Source: Thermoanaerobaculia bacterium (GTDB lineage Bacteria; Acidobacteriota; Thermoanaerobaculia; UBA5066; Gp7-AA6). From it: 64,000 nt of DNA. The stretch is taken from NCBI GenBank assembly GCA_036558325.1, contig DATBFU010000067.1, positions 5,536-69,535 on the forward strand, read 5' to 3'. Of the stretch, positions 38,484 through 47,008 are shown in pieces. Position 1 is the first letter of the stretch. Each line of letters opens with the position of its first letter. Under the pieces are notes generated by a model. It worked only from the letters and a program-made list of their open reading frames with translations, made no database searches and had not been told where the DNA came from. The position numbers and the translations under genes are program-made.

Positions 38484-38819
38484 CTAGAAGCTCAGGACGG
38501 CTTTCTCCAGATCGTCATGAATCTCGAAGACCGAATCGAGCTTGGTCATCTCGAGGAGCTTGCGAACCTGGGGGCCGGCGTTCACGAGCTTCGTCTGTCC
38601 GCCTTCCTTCTGCGAGATGGTCAGCGCGCGCACGAGGGCGCCGAGCCCCGAGCTGTCGAGGAAACCGACCCGGCCGAGATCCACGAGCAGGTGGATGCGG
38701 CCGTCTTCCAGGAGATGGGTGACCGTTCTCTTGAAGTTGGACTCGGCTTCGCCGATGACCAGATCGCCGACGACGGTCAGGACCGTGACCCGCCCGTCCT
38801 CTCTCGTCGTGAGCTCCAT
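38484..38819 (-). CDS. STAS-domain anti-sigma factor antagonist (SpoIIAA-like)
   Basis: 111 aa. GFLDSSGLGALV with the conserved phosphorylatable Ser. 19 nt upstream of the GAF-HlyD gene. Confidence 0.85.
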   Translation of the reverse strand: MELTTREDGRVTVLTVVGDLVIGEAESNFKRTVTHLLEDGRIHLLVDLGRVGFLDSSGLGALVRALTISQKEGGQTKLVNAGPQVRKLLEMTKLDSVFEIHDDLEKAVLSF

Positions 38820-38904
38820 GAAAGCGGCGACATTATGTCGGAAACGCCCTTCTCGTCCAAGGCCCGCCGGACGGGCGCCGGAACTATGATCCGCCCGTGC
38901 GGCG

Positions 38905-39120
38905 ATGAAGTCGGCGCGGACCGCCGATCACGAGGTGGCGGAGGTCGTGCTGCGGCAGGAGCCCGCGGTCGGCGGCCGTGTCACGGTGCGCGGCCCCGTC
39001 GGCGCGGAGGGGGAGTGGATCGTGATCGACCGGCGGCCCGACCCGCACGGATGGCGCGTCACGGCGGTGCGTTGTCTCGCGGCCTGCCGGGAGCATTCTG
39101 GAGCCGACGACCGGACTTGA
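38905..39120 (+). CDS. questionable small ORF (71 aa) overlapping the 3' end of the tRNA
   Basis: ATG ORF in the 280-bp gap between the STAS gene and the tRNA. Overlaps the tRNA by 22 nt. No domain recognised. Confidence 0.15.
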   Translation: MKSARTADHEVAEVVLRQEPAVGGRVTVRGPVGAEGEWIVIDRRPDPHGWRVTAVRCLAACREHSGADDRT

Positions 39121-39174
39121 ACCGGTGACCTGCGGTTTACGAAACCGCTGCTCTACCGACTGAGCTACGTCGGC
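39099..39174 (-). tRNA. tRNA-Thr (anticodon CGU)
   Basis: Cloverleaf by hand. Acceptor GCCGACG/CGTCGGC, D-arm GCTC-AGTCGGTA-GAGC, anticodon arm GCGGT-TTCGTAA-ACCGC, T-arm ACCGG-TTCAAGT-CCGGT, encoded CCA. 76 nt. Confidence 0.9.
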
Positions 39175-39259
39175 CCGCGACGAGTCGCGAAACGGTGAGC
39201 GGAAGCCGGGGATCTTACGGAAACCGGACGCTTCCGTCAACGCGCCGTGCGCGCCCGGT

Positions 39260-42200
39260 TCAGTCGAACCGGACCGAGACGATCTTCGAGCAGCCCGGCT
39301 CTTCCATCGTGACGCCGTACATCGCGTCGGCGGTCTCCATCGTGCGCTTGTTGTGCGTGATCGCGATGAACTGCGTCTCTTCGGTCATGTCGCGCAGGAG
39401 CCGCGTGAACCGGTCGATGTTCGCCTCGTCGAGCGGCGCGTCCACCTCGTCCAGGATGCAGAACGGCGACGGCTTGTAGCGGAAGATCGCGATCAGGAGC
39501 GCGATCGCCGTCAACGCCTTCTCGCCGCCCGAGAGCAGCAGGATCGACTGATTCCGCTTGCCGGGCGGGTGCGCGACGATCTCGATGCCGGACTCGAGCA
39601 GGTCGTTCTCGTCGAGGAGACGCATCTCCGCCGTGCCGCCCTGGAAGAGGCGCGAGAAGACGCCCTTGAAGTTCTCGTTGATGGCCGTGAACGCGTCGCG
39701 GAAGCGCTCCGAGGACGTCGCGTTGATCTTCCGGATGGACTCCTGCAGCTCGGCCACGGAACGCAGCAGATCGTCCCGCTGCGTCGTGAGAAAGGCGAGG
39801 CGCTCCGTCTCTTGTTTGTGCTCCTCGAGGGCGAGCACGTTGACCGGCCCCATGCGTTCGATCGACGCGGCGAGCTCCGCGGCCTCCTGCTCCAGCGCCG
39901 CGAGCGCCTCCTCGGAAGCGTCCGCCGGCGGCGCGAGCTCCGCGGCCTCGGTCGAGAACTCCGTTCGCGCTTCCGCCTCGACGTGCTCGAGATCCGAGCG
40001 GAGCCGCGTCTCGGCGACTTCCGCCTCGAAGCGCGCCTCGCGCGCGGCGTCCAGGGACGCGCGGCGGGCCTTCGTCTCCTCCTCGGTCCGCCGGATGTGA
40101 ATGGCCGAGGCCTCTTCGGCGGTCGTGGCGGCGGAGAGGTCCTCCGCGCGGCCGCGGCGCTGTCCGAGATTCGAAGCCTGGCGGGCGCGGGCTTCCTCTT
40201 CCTCACGCGCGAGCTCGGCGGCCCGTTGGGCGATCCGATCTTCTTCTTCGCGGGCCTCGGCGAGACGGCGATCGAGGGTCCCGCGCGCTTCGATGGTCTT
40301 CTCCCGGGCGCTCTCCAGGGCCCGCCGGCGCTCGGCGGCGACCTCGGCTTCGGTACGGCGGTGGGCGAGCTCTTCGGTCGCCGCCATGGCGAAGGAGCGC
40401 GCCTCGGGCATCTGGAGGGAGAGCGCATCGGCCAGCTCCCGGAGCTTTGCTTCGCGCCCGGCACAGCGCGCCTCCTCCTCGAGCAGCTCGGCGCGGCGGC
40501 GGGCGAGTCCCGCGGCCTCGTCCCGGAGTGCCGCGGCCTCCGCGGTGAGCGTGTCCTCTTCCTTCTTGAGGCGATCGCGCTCCTCGCGGCGCTCCTCGAG
40601 GCGTCCGGCAAACGCCGACAGAGCTCCCGCGGCCCGCCGCTCGGCCTCGCGCCGGCCGGGAATCTCGGCGCTCCGGCGCTCGTGCTCCCGGCGCAGCTCG
40701 GCGGCTCGCGCCTCGGCCTCGCGCGCCTTCTCGCGCGACGATGCCGCCTCTGCGGCGAGGCTCTCGCGGTCGCGAGACAGCGCGAAGCTTCCGGCGACCG
40801 CCGCGTCGTTTCGAAAAGCGCCGTAGAGCGAGCCGCGCACGATCTCGCGCCGCCGCGTCACGAACGTCGTGCCGGGGCTCCGCCGGGAGCGCGCCGCCGC
40901 GTCCGCGAGGCTCTCGACGAACACGGCGGGCGGGAGCGCCGCGCGCTCGGCGGGCGAGAGATCCTTCCAGTTCTCCAGGACGGCCTCCCAGCCGCCGGTC
41001 TCGGGCGCCGCCGACGCCTCGGGCGCCCAGCCCGCGTCCACGAGCCGCAGCGCGGCGACGGTCCCGGCCGCCTCGAGCGCGCGCGCGCCGCCGCCCTCGA
41101 CTTCGACGAGGAGCGCCTCCGCGTCCCGATCGAGGAGCAGGTCGACGGCCTCCTCCCAGCCCCGCTTCGGCCGCAGGCGCGTCGAGAGACTCTCCCGCGC
41201 GCCGATGCCGGCGCTCTCGAGCGCGCGCCGGACGTCCGTCGCGCGGATCTCTCGCCCGCGCGCGACCTCGTCGAGCGCGGCGGCGCGATGTTCGATGCGT
41301 CCGAGAGCCTCCCGGGCCGCGTGGTGCTCTTCTTCGGCGGCGTCCCGCGCCGCGGCCAGACGCGCGAGCTCCGCCTCGAAGGCTTCGAGCGCGCGGGCCG
41401 CGGTCTCGGCCTCGGCGGACAGATCGCGCTCTTCCCGCGCGGCCGCCTCGAACGCGCGCTCGCGACCGTCGAGATCGGCGGCGATCTTGCCGGCGGCGCC
41501 CTCGAGCCGCGCGAGCGAGGCGACGACGCGCTCGGCGGACAGATCCACTTCGTGCCGCGCGTTGCGCGCCGCGACGCCCTCGCCGGCCGCCGTGAGCGTT
41601 TCCGTTCGGGCGCCCTCGAGCTCCGTCTCGAGCCCGGCGAGCGCGGCGGCCGCCGCCGAGGCCTTGCGGTCGGCTTCCTCGCGGTCGAGCGAGCGCGACC
41701 GCGCCTCGGCGATCGCGCGCTCCACGCGCTCCTCGATCTCCTGGAGCTCCCGAAGCGTCCGCGCGTGCTCTTCGCCGAAATCGCGGGTCTCGCGCGCCAG
41801 AGCCTCGCGCCGAGCGGCGAGATCGGCCGCGGAGCGGTGATTCGACTCGATCAGCGCCTCGTCGCGGCCGATGGCCGTCTCGAGCGCCGAGACGACGTCG
41901 CGCGCGCGTTCCCGAGCCGCGGTGGCTTCCGCGGCGTCGAGGCGCGCCTGCGCGAGCTCGGCCTCGCTGCGCCCGAGCGCGGCGGCGGCCTCCGCTTCCC
42001 GGTCGCGCCGCTCGTCGCGCAGCCGCGTCGCGTCGCCGACGGCGGCCGTGAGCCGGTCGTGGCGCGCGCGCAGGAGCGAAGACCGCTTGCCGCGCAGCGC
42101 CTCGGACTGCTCCTTGTAGCGCGCGGCGCGGGAGGCCTGGCGCTTCAACGACGCGACGTTGCGCTCGATTTCCGAGATGATGTCGGAGAGCCTCAGGAGA

Positions 42201-42817
42201 TTTCCGCGGGTCTCCTCGAGCTTCGTTTCGGCGAGGCGCTTGCGGAGCTTGTATCGCGTGATGCCCGCGGCCTCCTCGATCAGGCGCCGCCGGTCCTGGG
42301 GCTTCGTCGAGAGAACCTGGTCGATGCGTCCCTGCTCGATCACGGAGTACGCGCGCACGCCGAGGCCCGTCCCGGAGAGCTGGTCCTGGATGTCCTTCAA
42401 GCGGACCTGCTTGTCGTTGAGGAAATACTCGCCGTGACCCTCGCGGTAAACGCGGCGGCCGATGCGCAGCGACTCGCTCTCCGGAGCCGCCTCGCCGTGT
42501 CCGTTGCCGTTGCCCGGACCGTCGCCTTCTTCGTTGCCGCCGCCGTTGCCGCCGCGCCGCGAGAGCGTGAGCGTCACCTCCGCCATCCCCACCGGGCGAC
42601 GCCTCGCGGAGCCGTTGAAGATCACGTCGTCCATGCGCTCGCCGCGGAGGACCCGGGCGCTCTGCTCTCCGAGGGCCCAGGCGACGGCGTCGCAGATGTT
42701 CGATTTCCCGCAGCCGTTCGGCCCGACCACGGCGGTCACGCGGCCCGGGAAGGCCAGATCCACCTTTTCGTAGAAGGATTTGAACCCCGCGATCTCCACC
42801 CGCTCGAGCCGGAACAT
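39260..42817 (-). CDS. smc: chromosome segregation protein SMC
   Basis: 1185 aa. N-terminal Walker A GPNGCGKSN, long coiled coils, hinge, C-terminal LSGGEKALTAIALLIAIF signature and Walker B ILDEVDAPLD. Confidence 0.95.
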   Translation of the reverse strand: MFRLERVEIAGFKSFYEKVDLAFPGRVTAVVGPNGCGKSNICDAVAWALGEQSARVLRGERMDDVIFNGSARRRPVGMAEVTLTLSRRGGNGGGNEEGDGPGNGNGHGEAAPESESLRIGRRVYREGHGEYFLNDKQVRLKDIQDQLSGTGLGVRAYSVIEQGRIDQVLSTKPQDRRRLIEEAAGITRYKLRKRLAETKLEETRGNLLRLSDIISEIERNVASLKRQASRAARYKEQSEALRGKRSSLLRARHDRLTAAVGDATRLRDERRDREAEAAAALGRSEAELAQARLDAAEATAARERARDVVSALETAIGRDEALIESNHRSAADLAARREALARETRDFGEEHARTLRELQEIEERVERAIAEARSRSLDREEADRKASAAAAALAGLETELEGARTETLTAAGEGVAARNARHEVDLSAERVVASLARLEGAAGKIAADLDGRERAFEAAAREERDLSAEAETAARALEAFEAELARLAAARDAAEEEHHAAREALGRIEHRAAALDEVARGREIRATDVRRALESAGIGARESLSTRLRPKRGWEEAVDLLLDRDAEALLVEVEGGGARALEAAGTVAALRLVDAGWAPEASAAPETGGWEAVLENWKDLSPAERAALPPAVFVESLADAAARSRRSPGTTFVTRRREIVRGSLYGAFRNDAAVAGSFALSRDRESLAAEAASSREKAREAEARAAELRREHERRSAEIPGRREAERRAAGALSAFAGRLEERREERDRLKKEEDTLTAEAAALRDEAAGLARRRAELLEEEARCAGREAKLRELADALSLQMPEARSFAMAATEELAHRRTEAEVAAERRRALESAREKTIEARGTLDRRLAEAREEEDRIAQRAAELAREEEEARARQASNLGQRRGRAEDLSAATTAEEASAIHIRRTEEETKARRASLDAAREARFEAEVAETRLRSDLEHVEAEARTEFSTEAAELAPPADASEEALAALEQEAAELAASIERMGPVNVLALEEHKQETERLAFLTTQRDDLLRSVAELQESIRKINATSSERFRDAFTAINENFKGVFSRLFQGGTAEMRLLDENDLLESGIEIVAHPPGKRNQSILLLSGGEKALTAIALLIAIFRYKPSPFCILDEVDAPLDEANIDRFTRLLRDMTEETQFIAITHNKRTMETADAMYGVTMEEPGCSKIVSVRFD

Positions 42818-43136
42818 CAGTTCCTGAAATTTAGCAAAAGCCCCTCACCATCGCCACAAAATCTTGTGGTTGGGCCGGTCGGCCTCCCCTACGAATGGGA
42901 ATCCGGGCGGGCGGTCACGGGGGGTCGGATTGTCCACCCTCGGGACACCGTCTTCCGGCCTCGGGAGACCTTCGGGGCGCCGCCGGCCTGCCTCCTTCCC
43001 GAGCGCGTTTTTGACGGTCGGTTGACGGATTTCGTCCCCGGGCCATTGTGTTTTCGCTGCACATCCGAACAAGATTCTTGTTCACCGGGGGCCCGGAAGA
43101 GAGTAGATTCCAAAAGGCGAACTCGAAAGCGACAAG

Positions 43137-44249
43137 ATGCTTAGCCTTGAGGTCCGTAAGAGAACGGGCGGCGCGGAAGTCCACCGCGTCAACTCGCCGG
43201 CCCTGACCGTCGGCGCGTCTTCGGGCAACGAGGTCGTCGTGCGCGCGCGCGGCGTCGCGGGCAGGCACTTCCGCATCCTGGAGCGCGACGGCCGCTATCA
43301 CCTCGATCTCTACAAAGGCGTCGACGCCGTGAGCGTCAACGGCCGCGAGTTCACCGGCGGTCCGATCGCGGTCGGCGACCGCATCACGATCGGGGAAGCG
43401 ACGCTGACGGTGCTCGGGGGCCGCGCCGGGCTGCGCACGGCGGTCCTGCCCGAGCCCGCGCGTCCGGAGCCGGTGCGCTTCGAGCCGCAGGTGGCCCCGG
43501 GAACTCTTCTGCAGGTCACCACGGGTCCGATGACCGAGGTGGAGTACCGCACGCTGCGGCTCTCGACCTACGCCCTCTGCCGTTCGAGCCGCTCGCCGGA
43601 GGACTTCGCCGCGCGCCTCGTGGATCTGCTCGACCGCGAGCTGCCGCCGTCCGAGTGGGCCGTGGGTCAGTGGACGCCGGGCGGCGGTTTCCGGCCGTGG
43701 TCCTCGACGTTCCGTGAAGCGCCCGCCTTGCCGCAGAAACTCCTCGCCGACGCCCGCGAGGGAGAGCGCCTCGCGCGCGTCGACACGGTGACCGGGATGT
43801 TCAGCTTCCTGACGGAGCCCGATGTGGAGCCGGGCGACCCGGCGGCGGCGATCTTCGTCCGCGAGGATCCGCGACTGGCCGCCCGCGCGCTGCTCTTCCT
43901 CGAGGAAGTCGTGCAGCTCGCGGGTCTCGTCCTGCGCAAAGCCGGCGGCGCCCTCGAAGAGGAAGAGGATGTTCTCGTCGCGGAGCCGGCCGTCTCGACC
44001 GCGGAGCCCGCGGCTCCGCCATCCGGCAGCGAGATGGAGGCGACGCTCCGACGCACCGACGACCTGAAGAAGATCATCGAGTCCGTCGAGCGAGAGGTCA
44101 TCGACCGCACGATGCGCCGCGTCGAGGGCAATCAGAGCCGTGGCGCGCAGAACCTCAACATCTCGCGCGGCTCGCTCATCGCGAAATTGAAGGATTACGG
44201 GATTCCGGACTACCGATATCTTCGGCGCGAGCGCAACCGCCGGGTGTGA
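43137..44249 (+). CDS. FHA-domain transcriptional regulator with C-terminal Fis-type HTH
   Basis: N-terminal FHA-like VGASSGNEVVVRARGVAGRHFRILERDGRYHLDLYKGVDAVSVNG. C-terminal QSRGAQNLNISRGSLIAKLKDYGI HTH. Confidence 0.7.
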   Translation: MLSLEVRKRTGGAEVHRVNSPALTVGASSGNEVVVRARGVAGRHFRILERDGRYHLDLYKGVDAVSVNGREFTGGPIAVGDRITIGEATLTVLGGRAGLRTAVLPEPARPEPVRFEPQVAPGTLLQVTTGPMTEVEYRTLRLSTYALCRSSRSPEDFAARLVDLLDRELPPSEWAVGQWTPGGGFRPWSSTFREAPALPQKLLADAREGERLARVDTVTGMFSFLTEPDVEPGDPAAAIFVREDPRLAARALLFLEEVVQLAGLVLRKAGGALEEEEDVLVAEPAVSTAEPAAPPSGSEMEATLRRTDDLKKIIESVEREVIDRTMRRVEGNQSRGAQNLNISRGSLIAKLKDYGIPDYRYLRRERNRRV

Positions 44250-44259
44250 GAGCCGGCCG

Positions 44260-45383
44260 CTAGCGTCGCTTCTTTCTTTCTCTCCCTCTCTCCGACTCGC
44301 CGTCCCCCCGCAGCCACCACCAGATCGCGAACGGCGCCGCGAATCGCCCGGCCACCTCGTAGAAGTGAAATCCGCCCGTCCAGAAGTTGCGGGCGGCGCT
44401 CCCGTAATGCGCGGCGCTCCAGGCCCCGAGGGCCGTCGCATAAACCGAGCGCACCTGGAACACGAGCGCGGCGGTCTGGACGGCGAAGAGCGCGAGGCAT
44501 GCGAGGAGGAACGCGGCGACGCGCCTTCCGCCGAGCGGGTGTGGATCGAGCGCGAAGAGGGCGGCGAGCAGAACCAGGTTGAAGTGAAGGTCCGCGGCGG
44601 GCAGACCGGGCCGCGGCGCGCCCGGCGGAAAGTCGGCGCGCTCGACGAGAATCTCTCCGTCCCGGGCCTCCAGGCGGGTGACCGCGGGCCGCTCGGTCGC
44701 GCGGAGGATCGACTCGCCGGCCGCGGCGAGGACGCCCTCGTAGGCGGCGCGGAATCCGAACCAGAACGCCAGGGCGAGGGCGAAGCCGGCGAGCGCCCGC
44801 GCGATCGCGGCGCGCCCGATTCGGGCGCTCGCGGGAGTCGGGGCCAAGGCCGCCGCGCGGCCGGGAGGAGCGGCGTCGTGCGCGCCCGGGCCGCCCACGA
44901 GAGGAAGAGCAGCACGCCGAAGAGAACGACGAAGGACTGCCAGAGAACGGTGTGGGACGCGGAGAAGAGCGCGGGCCGATGGACTCCGATCCAGAAGAGC
45001 GAGACGACGCGGACGAGGTTCACGAGCTCGATCGCGGCGAATCCCAGGAGAAGCCCCGCGAGGCGCCGCTTCCAGGGCGCCGGGAACGCGAACACGGCGG
45101 CGGCGAAGAGGAGCACCGTCTCGAGCCCGTTGCAGCCGTTCTCGATCCGGACGGCGAATGAAGGGGACCGAATCTCGGTTCCGGACACGGCGGCCGGCTC
45201 GCCGAGCGCGTTGAGGATCGCGCCGGAGACGCGCGCGATCGCGGAGGTGAAGGGTACGACGGCCGTCCGGTCCACCGGCCGGACCGCGACGGCGACGTAG
45301 AAGAGGACGAGGAGAGCGCCGAAACGCGCGAGGAAGGCGAGGGACTCCCGCCGGGACGAGGCGGAGTCCGCGGCGCGCTTCAC
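44260..45383 (-). pseudogene. exosortase/archaeosortase-family integral membrane protein, apparently frameshifted near 44880-44900 (or two adjacent membrane-protein genes)
   Basis: Frame A (45383 to about 44880) carries the exosortase-like RIENGCNGLETVLLF Cys motif and the IELVNLVRVV Asn/Arg motif. Frame A then has no stop until 42915. Frame B (GTG 44898 to 44260) encodes a further TM-rich region. GTG 45381-45383 overlaps the thioesterase stop. Confidence 0.4.
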
Positions 45384-45865
45384 CCGGCGTCCTTCGACGG
45401 CGCGGGCGCGAGGGGTCCCGTCGGCTGGGACTCCCGGATCTCCCGCACGAGCTTCGCGATGGGCGCCGGCAGCGCCAGCAGCAGCTCTCCTTTCGCGTTC
45501 AGAACGACCTGCTCGGTCTCGGCCGTGGCGAGGAGACGGCCCCCGCCGTCGCGCAGCTCGTAGTCGAGCACGATCCGCGCGGCCTCGGGCTCCCGCAGGC
45601 GCGCCGTCACGCGCACCGTCGTGTCGGCGAGGATCGCCTGGCGGTAGCGGATCTCCATCCGGGTGATGGGGACGCGATACCCGAGCGCGAGCGAACGCGT
45701 CGCGGTGAAGCCGTGCCTGGCGGTCAGCGCCTCCCGGACCTGCTCCATATAGAGCGCGTAGTGGCCGTGCCACACGACGCCGTAGGCGTCGCACTCGGCG
45801 AAGCGGACGGGGATCTCGATCGAGAATCCGGCGAGCGGCGGCACCTCGGGCCGCCCGCGCTTCAT
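45380..45865 (-). CDS. acyl-CoA thioesterase, hotdog fold (YbgC / 4HBT-like)
   Basis: 161 aa. RFAECDAYGVVWHGHYALYMEQ matches the 4HBT catalytic region. ATGA overlap with the upstream gene. Confidence 0.8.
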   Translation of the reverse strand: MKRGRPEVPPLAGFSIEIPVRFAECDAYGVVWHGHYALYMEQVREALTARHGFTATRSLALGYRVPITRMEIRYRQAILADTTVRVTARLREPEAARIVLDYELRDGGGRLLATAETEQVVLNAKGELLLALPAPIAKLVREIRESQPTGPLAPAPSKDAG

Positions 45866-47001
45866 CGCGCTTCCTCCGCCGCGGACTCCACGACGGCCGC
45901 CAGGAAGTTTCCCCCCGCGCCGAACGAGTTTACGAGCGCCCGGCGAGGCCGGCCGTTCCAGGAGAAGGGGCCGCTCTCGTCCGCGAGGGCGCGACACGCC
46001 GCCACGAGCTGGCCGCCGCCCGAAGCGGCCATCTCGCCGATCGCCCGCTTGACCTCGATCTGGGGAGGCGGAGACCCGAAGAGCCGGCCGAGCGCCTCGG
46101 CTTCGGCCGCGTCCATGTCCTCGACGCCGTCGCGCGAAGGGAAGAGCAGGCCGATGTCGGCCGGCGCGGCGCCGGCGGCTTCGAGAGCGCCGGCCATGGC
46201 CCGCGTCATTGCGTCGGGATCCGGCGCGAAGCGATACGGATCGGTCGGCACTCCCGCGGCGCCGAGGCCCGCGAGGCGCGCGAGCGGCCGGCCGCCGCGG
46301 CGGCGGGCGGACTCTTCGTCTTCGAGGAGGACCGCGAAGGCGCCCTCGCCCTGCACGATTCCGGAGGAGCGCTTCTGCCCCCGCAGCGCGCTCACGCGGT
46401 CGAATCCGAGTGCGTAGAACGGATTCCACTCGTCCACGCCTCCCGCGAGCATCGCCCGGGCACGGCCCGCTTCGATCGCGAGCGACGCGAAGAGGAGCGC
46501 GTTCAGCGCCGACGGGTCCTTCTGCGTCACGGTGACGTTCGGGCCGTAGACCTTGAGCTCGATCGAAACCTGGGAAGCGGGCGCGTTCGCGACCGTGTTG
46601 GGGAAGTGGAACGGGGGCGCCGCCTCCGGCGACTCGGTCAGGAGGACCCGGAGGAACTCGGTGAGCGCTCCGGCGCCGGCCGATCCGGTGCCGAGAGCAA
46701 TGCCGATCGACTCGGGATCCTTCGCGACCTCGTAGCCGGCCTCGGCGATCGCCTGGGCGCAGGCCAAGATCGCGAACTGGCTGCCGCGGTCGAACCGGCG
46801 GGCCTTCATCGGGGGGATCTCGGGCTGCGGAGTGAAGCCGTCGCAGCGCGCGACGTGCGTGGCCTGGAGACCGCGCCGCTCCTCGTCCGTCATGGGGCGA
46901 ACGGCGCTCTCTCCGGAGAAGAGGCGTCGGGAGAACTCCGCCGCCGAGCGGCCGAGCGGGCAGACGGCTCCGGTGCCGGTGAAGACGCCGCGGGAAGGCA
47001 T
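45862..47001 (-). CDS. beta-ketoacyl synthase-like protein lacking the active-site Cys (chain-length-factor / KS-beta-like)
   Basis: Thiolase-fold KS homology. The position of the catalytic Cys reads GPNVTVTQKDPSALNA. Pairs with the KS at 47009..48220. Confidence 0.65.
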   Translation of the reverse strand: MPSRGVFTGTGAVCPLGRSAAEFSRRLFSGESAVRPMTDEERRGLQATHVARCDGFTPQPEIPPMKARRFDRGSQFAILACAQAIAEAGYEVAKDPESIGIALGTGSAGAGALTEFLRVLLTESPEAAPPFHFPNTVANAPASQVSIELKVYGPNVTVTQKDPSALNALLFASLAIEAGRARAMLAGGVDEWNPFYALGFDRVSALRGQKRSSGIVQGEGAFAVLLEDEESARRRGGRPLARLAGLGAAGVPTDPYRFAPDPDAMTRAMAGALEAAGAAPADIGLLFPSRDGVEDMDAAEAEALGRLFGSPPPQIEVKRAIGEMAASGGGQLVAACRALADESGPFSWNGRPRRALVNSFGAGGNFLAAVVESAAEEAR

Positions 47002-47008
47002 GAACGAG

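Noticed and set aside
38884-39240. ORFs overlapping the tRNA-Thr gene on both strands
   Set aside because: They are incompatible with the tRNA. No integrase, recombinase or direct repeat flanks the tRNA, so there is no evidence of an integrated element here.
39176-39259. Hairpins (CGCGAC-ga-GTCGCG; GGAAGC...GCTTCC) between tRNA-Thr and the smc stop
   Set aside because: They are probably processing or terminator structures. There is no T-tract for a canonical intrinsic terminator on the smc strand, and they are too short to be a mobile-element end.
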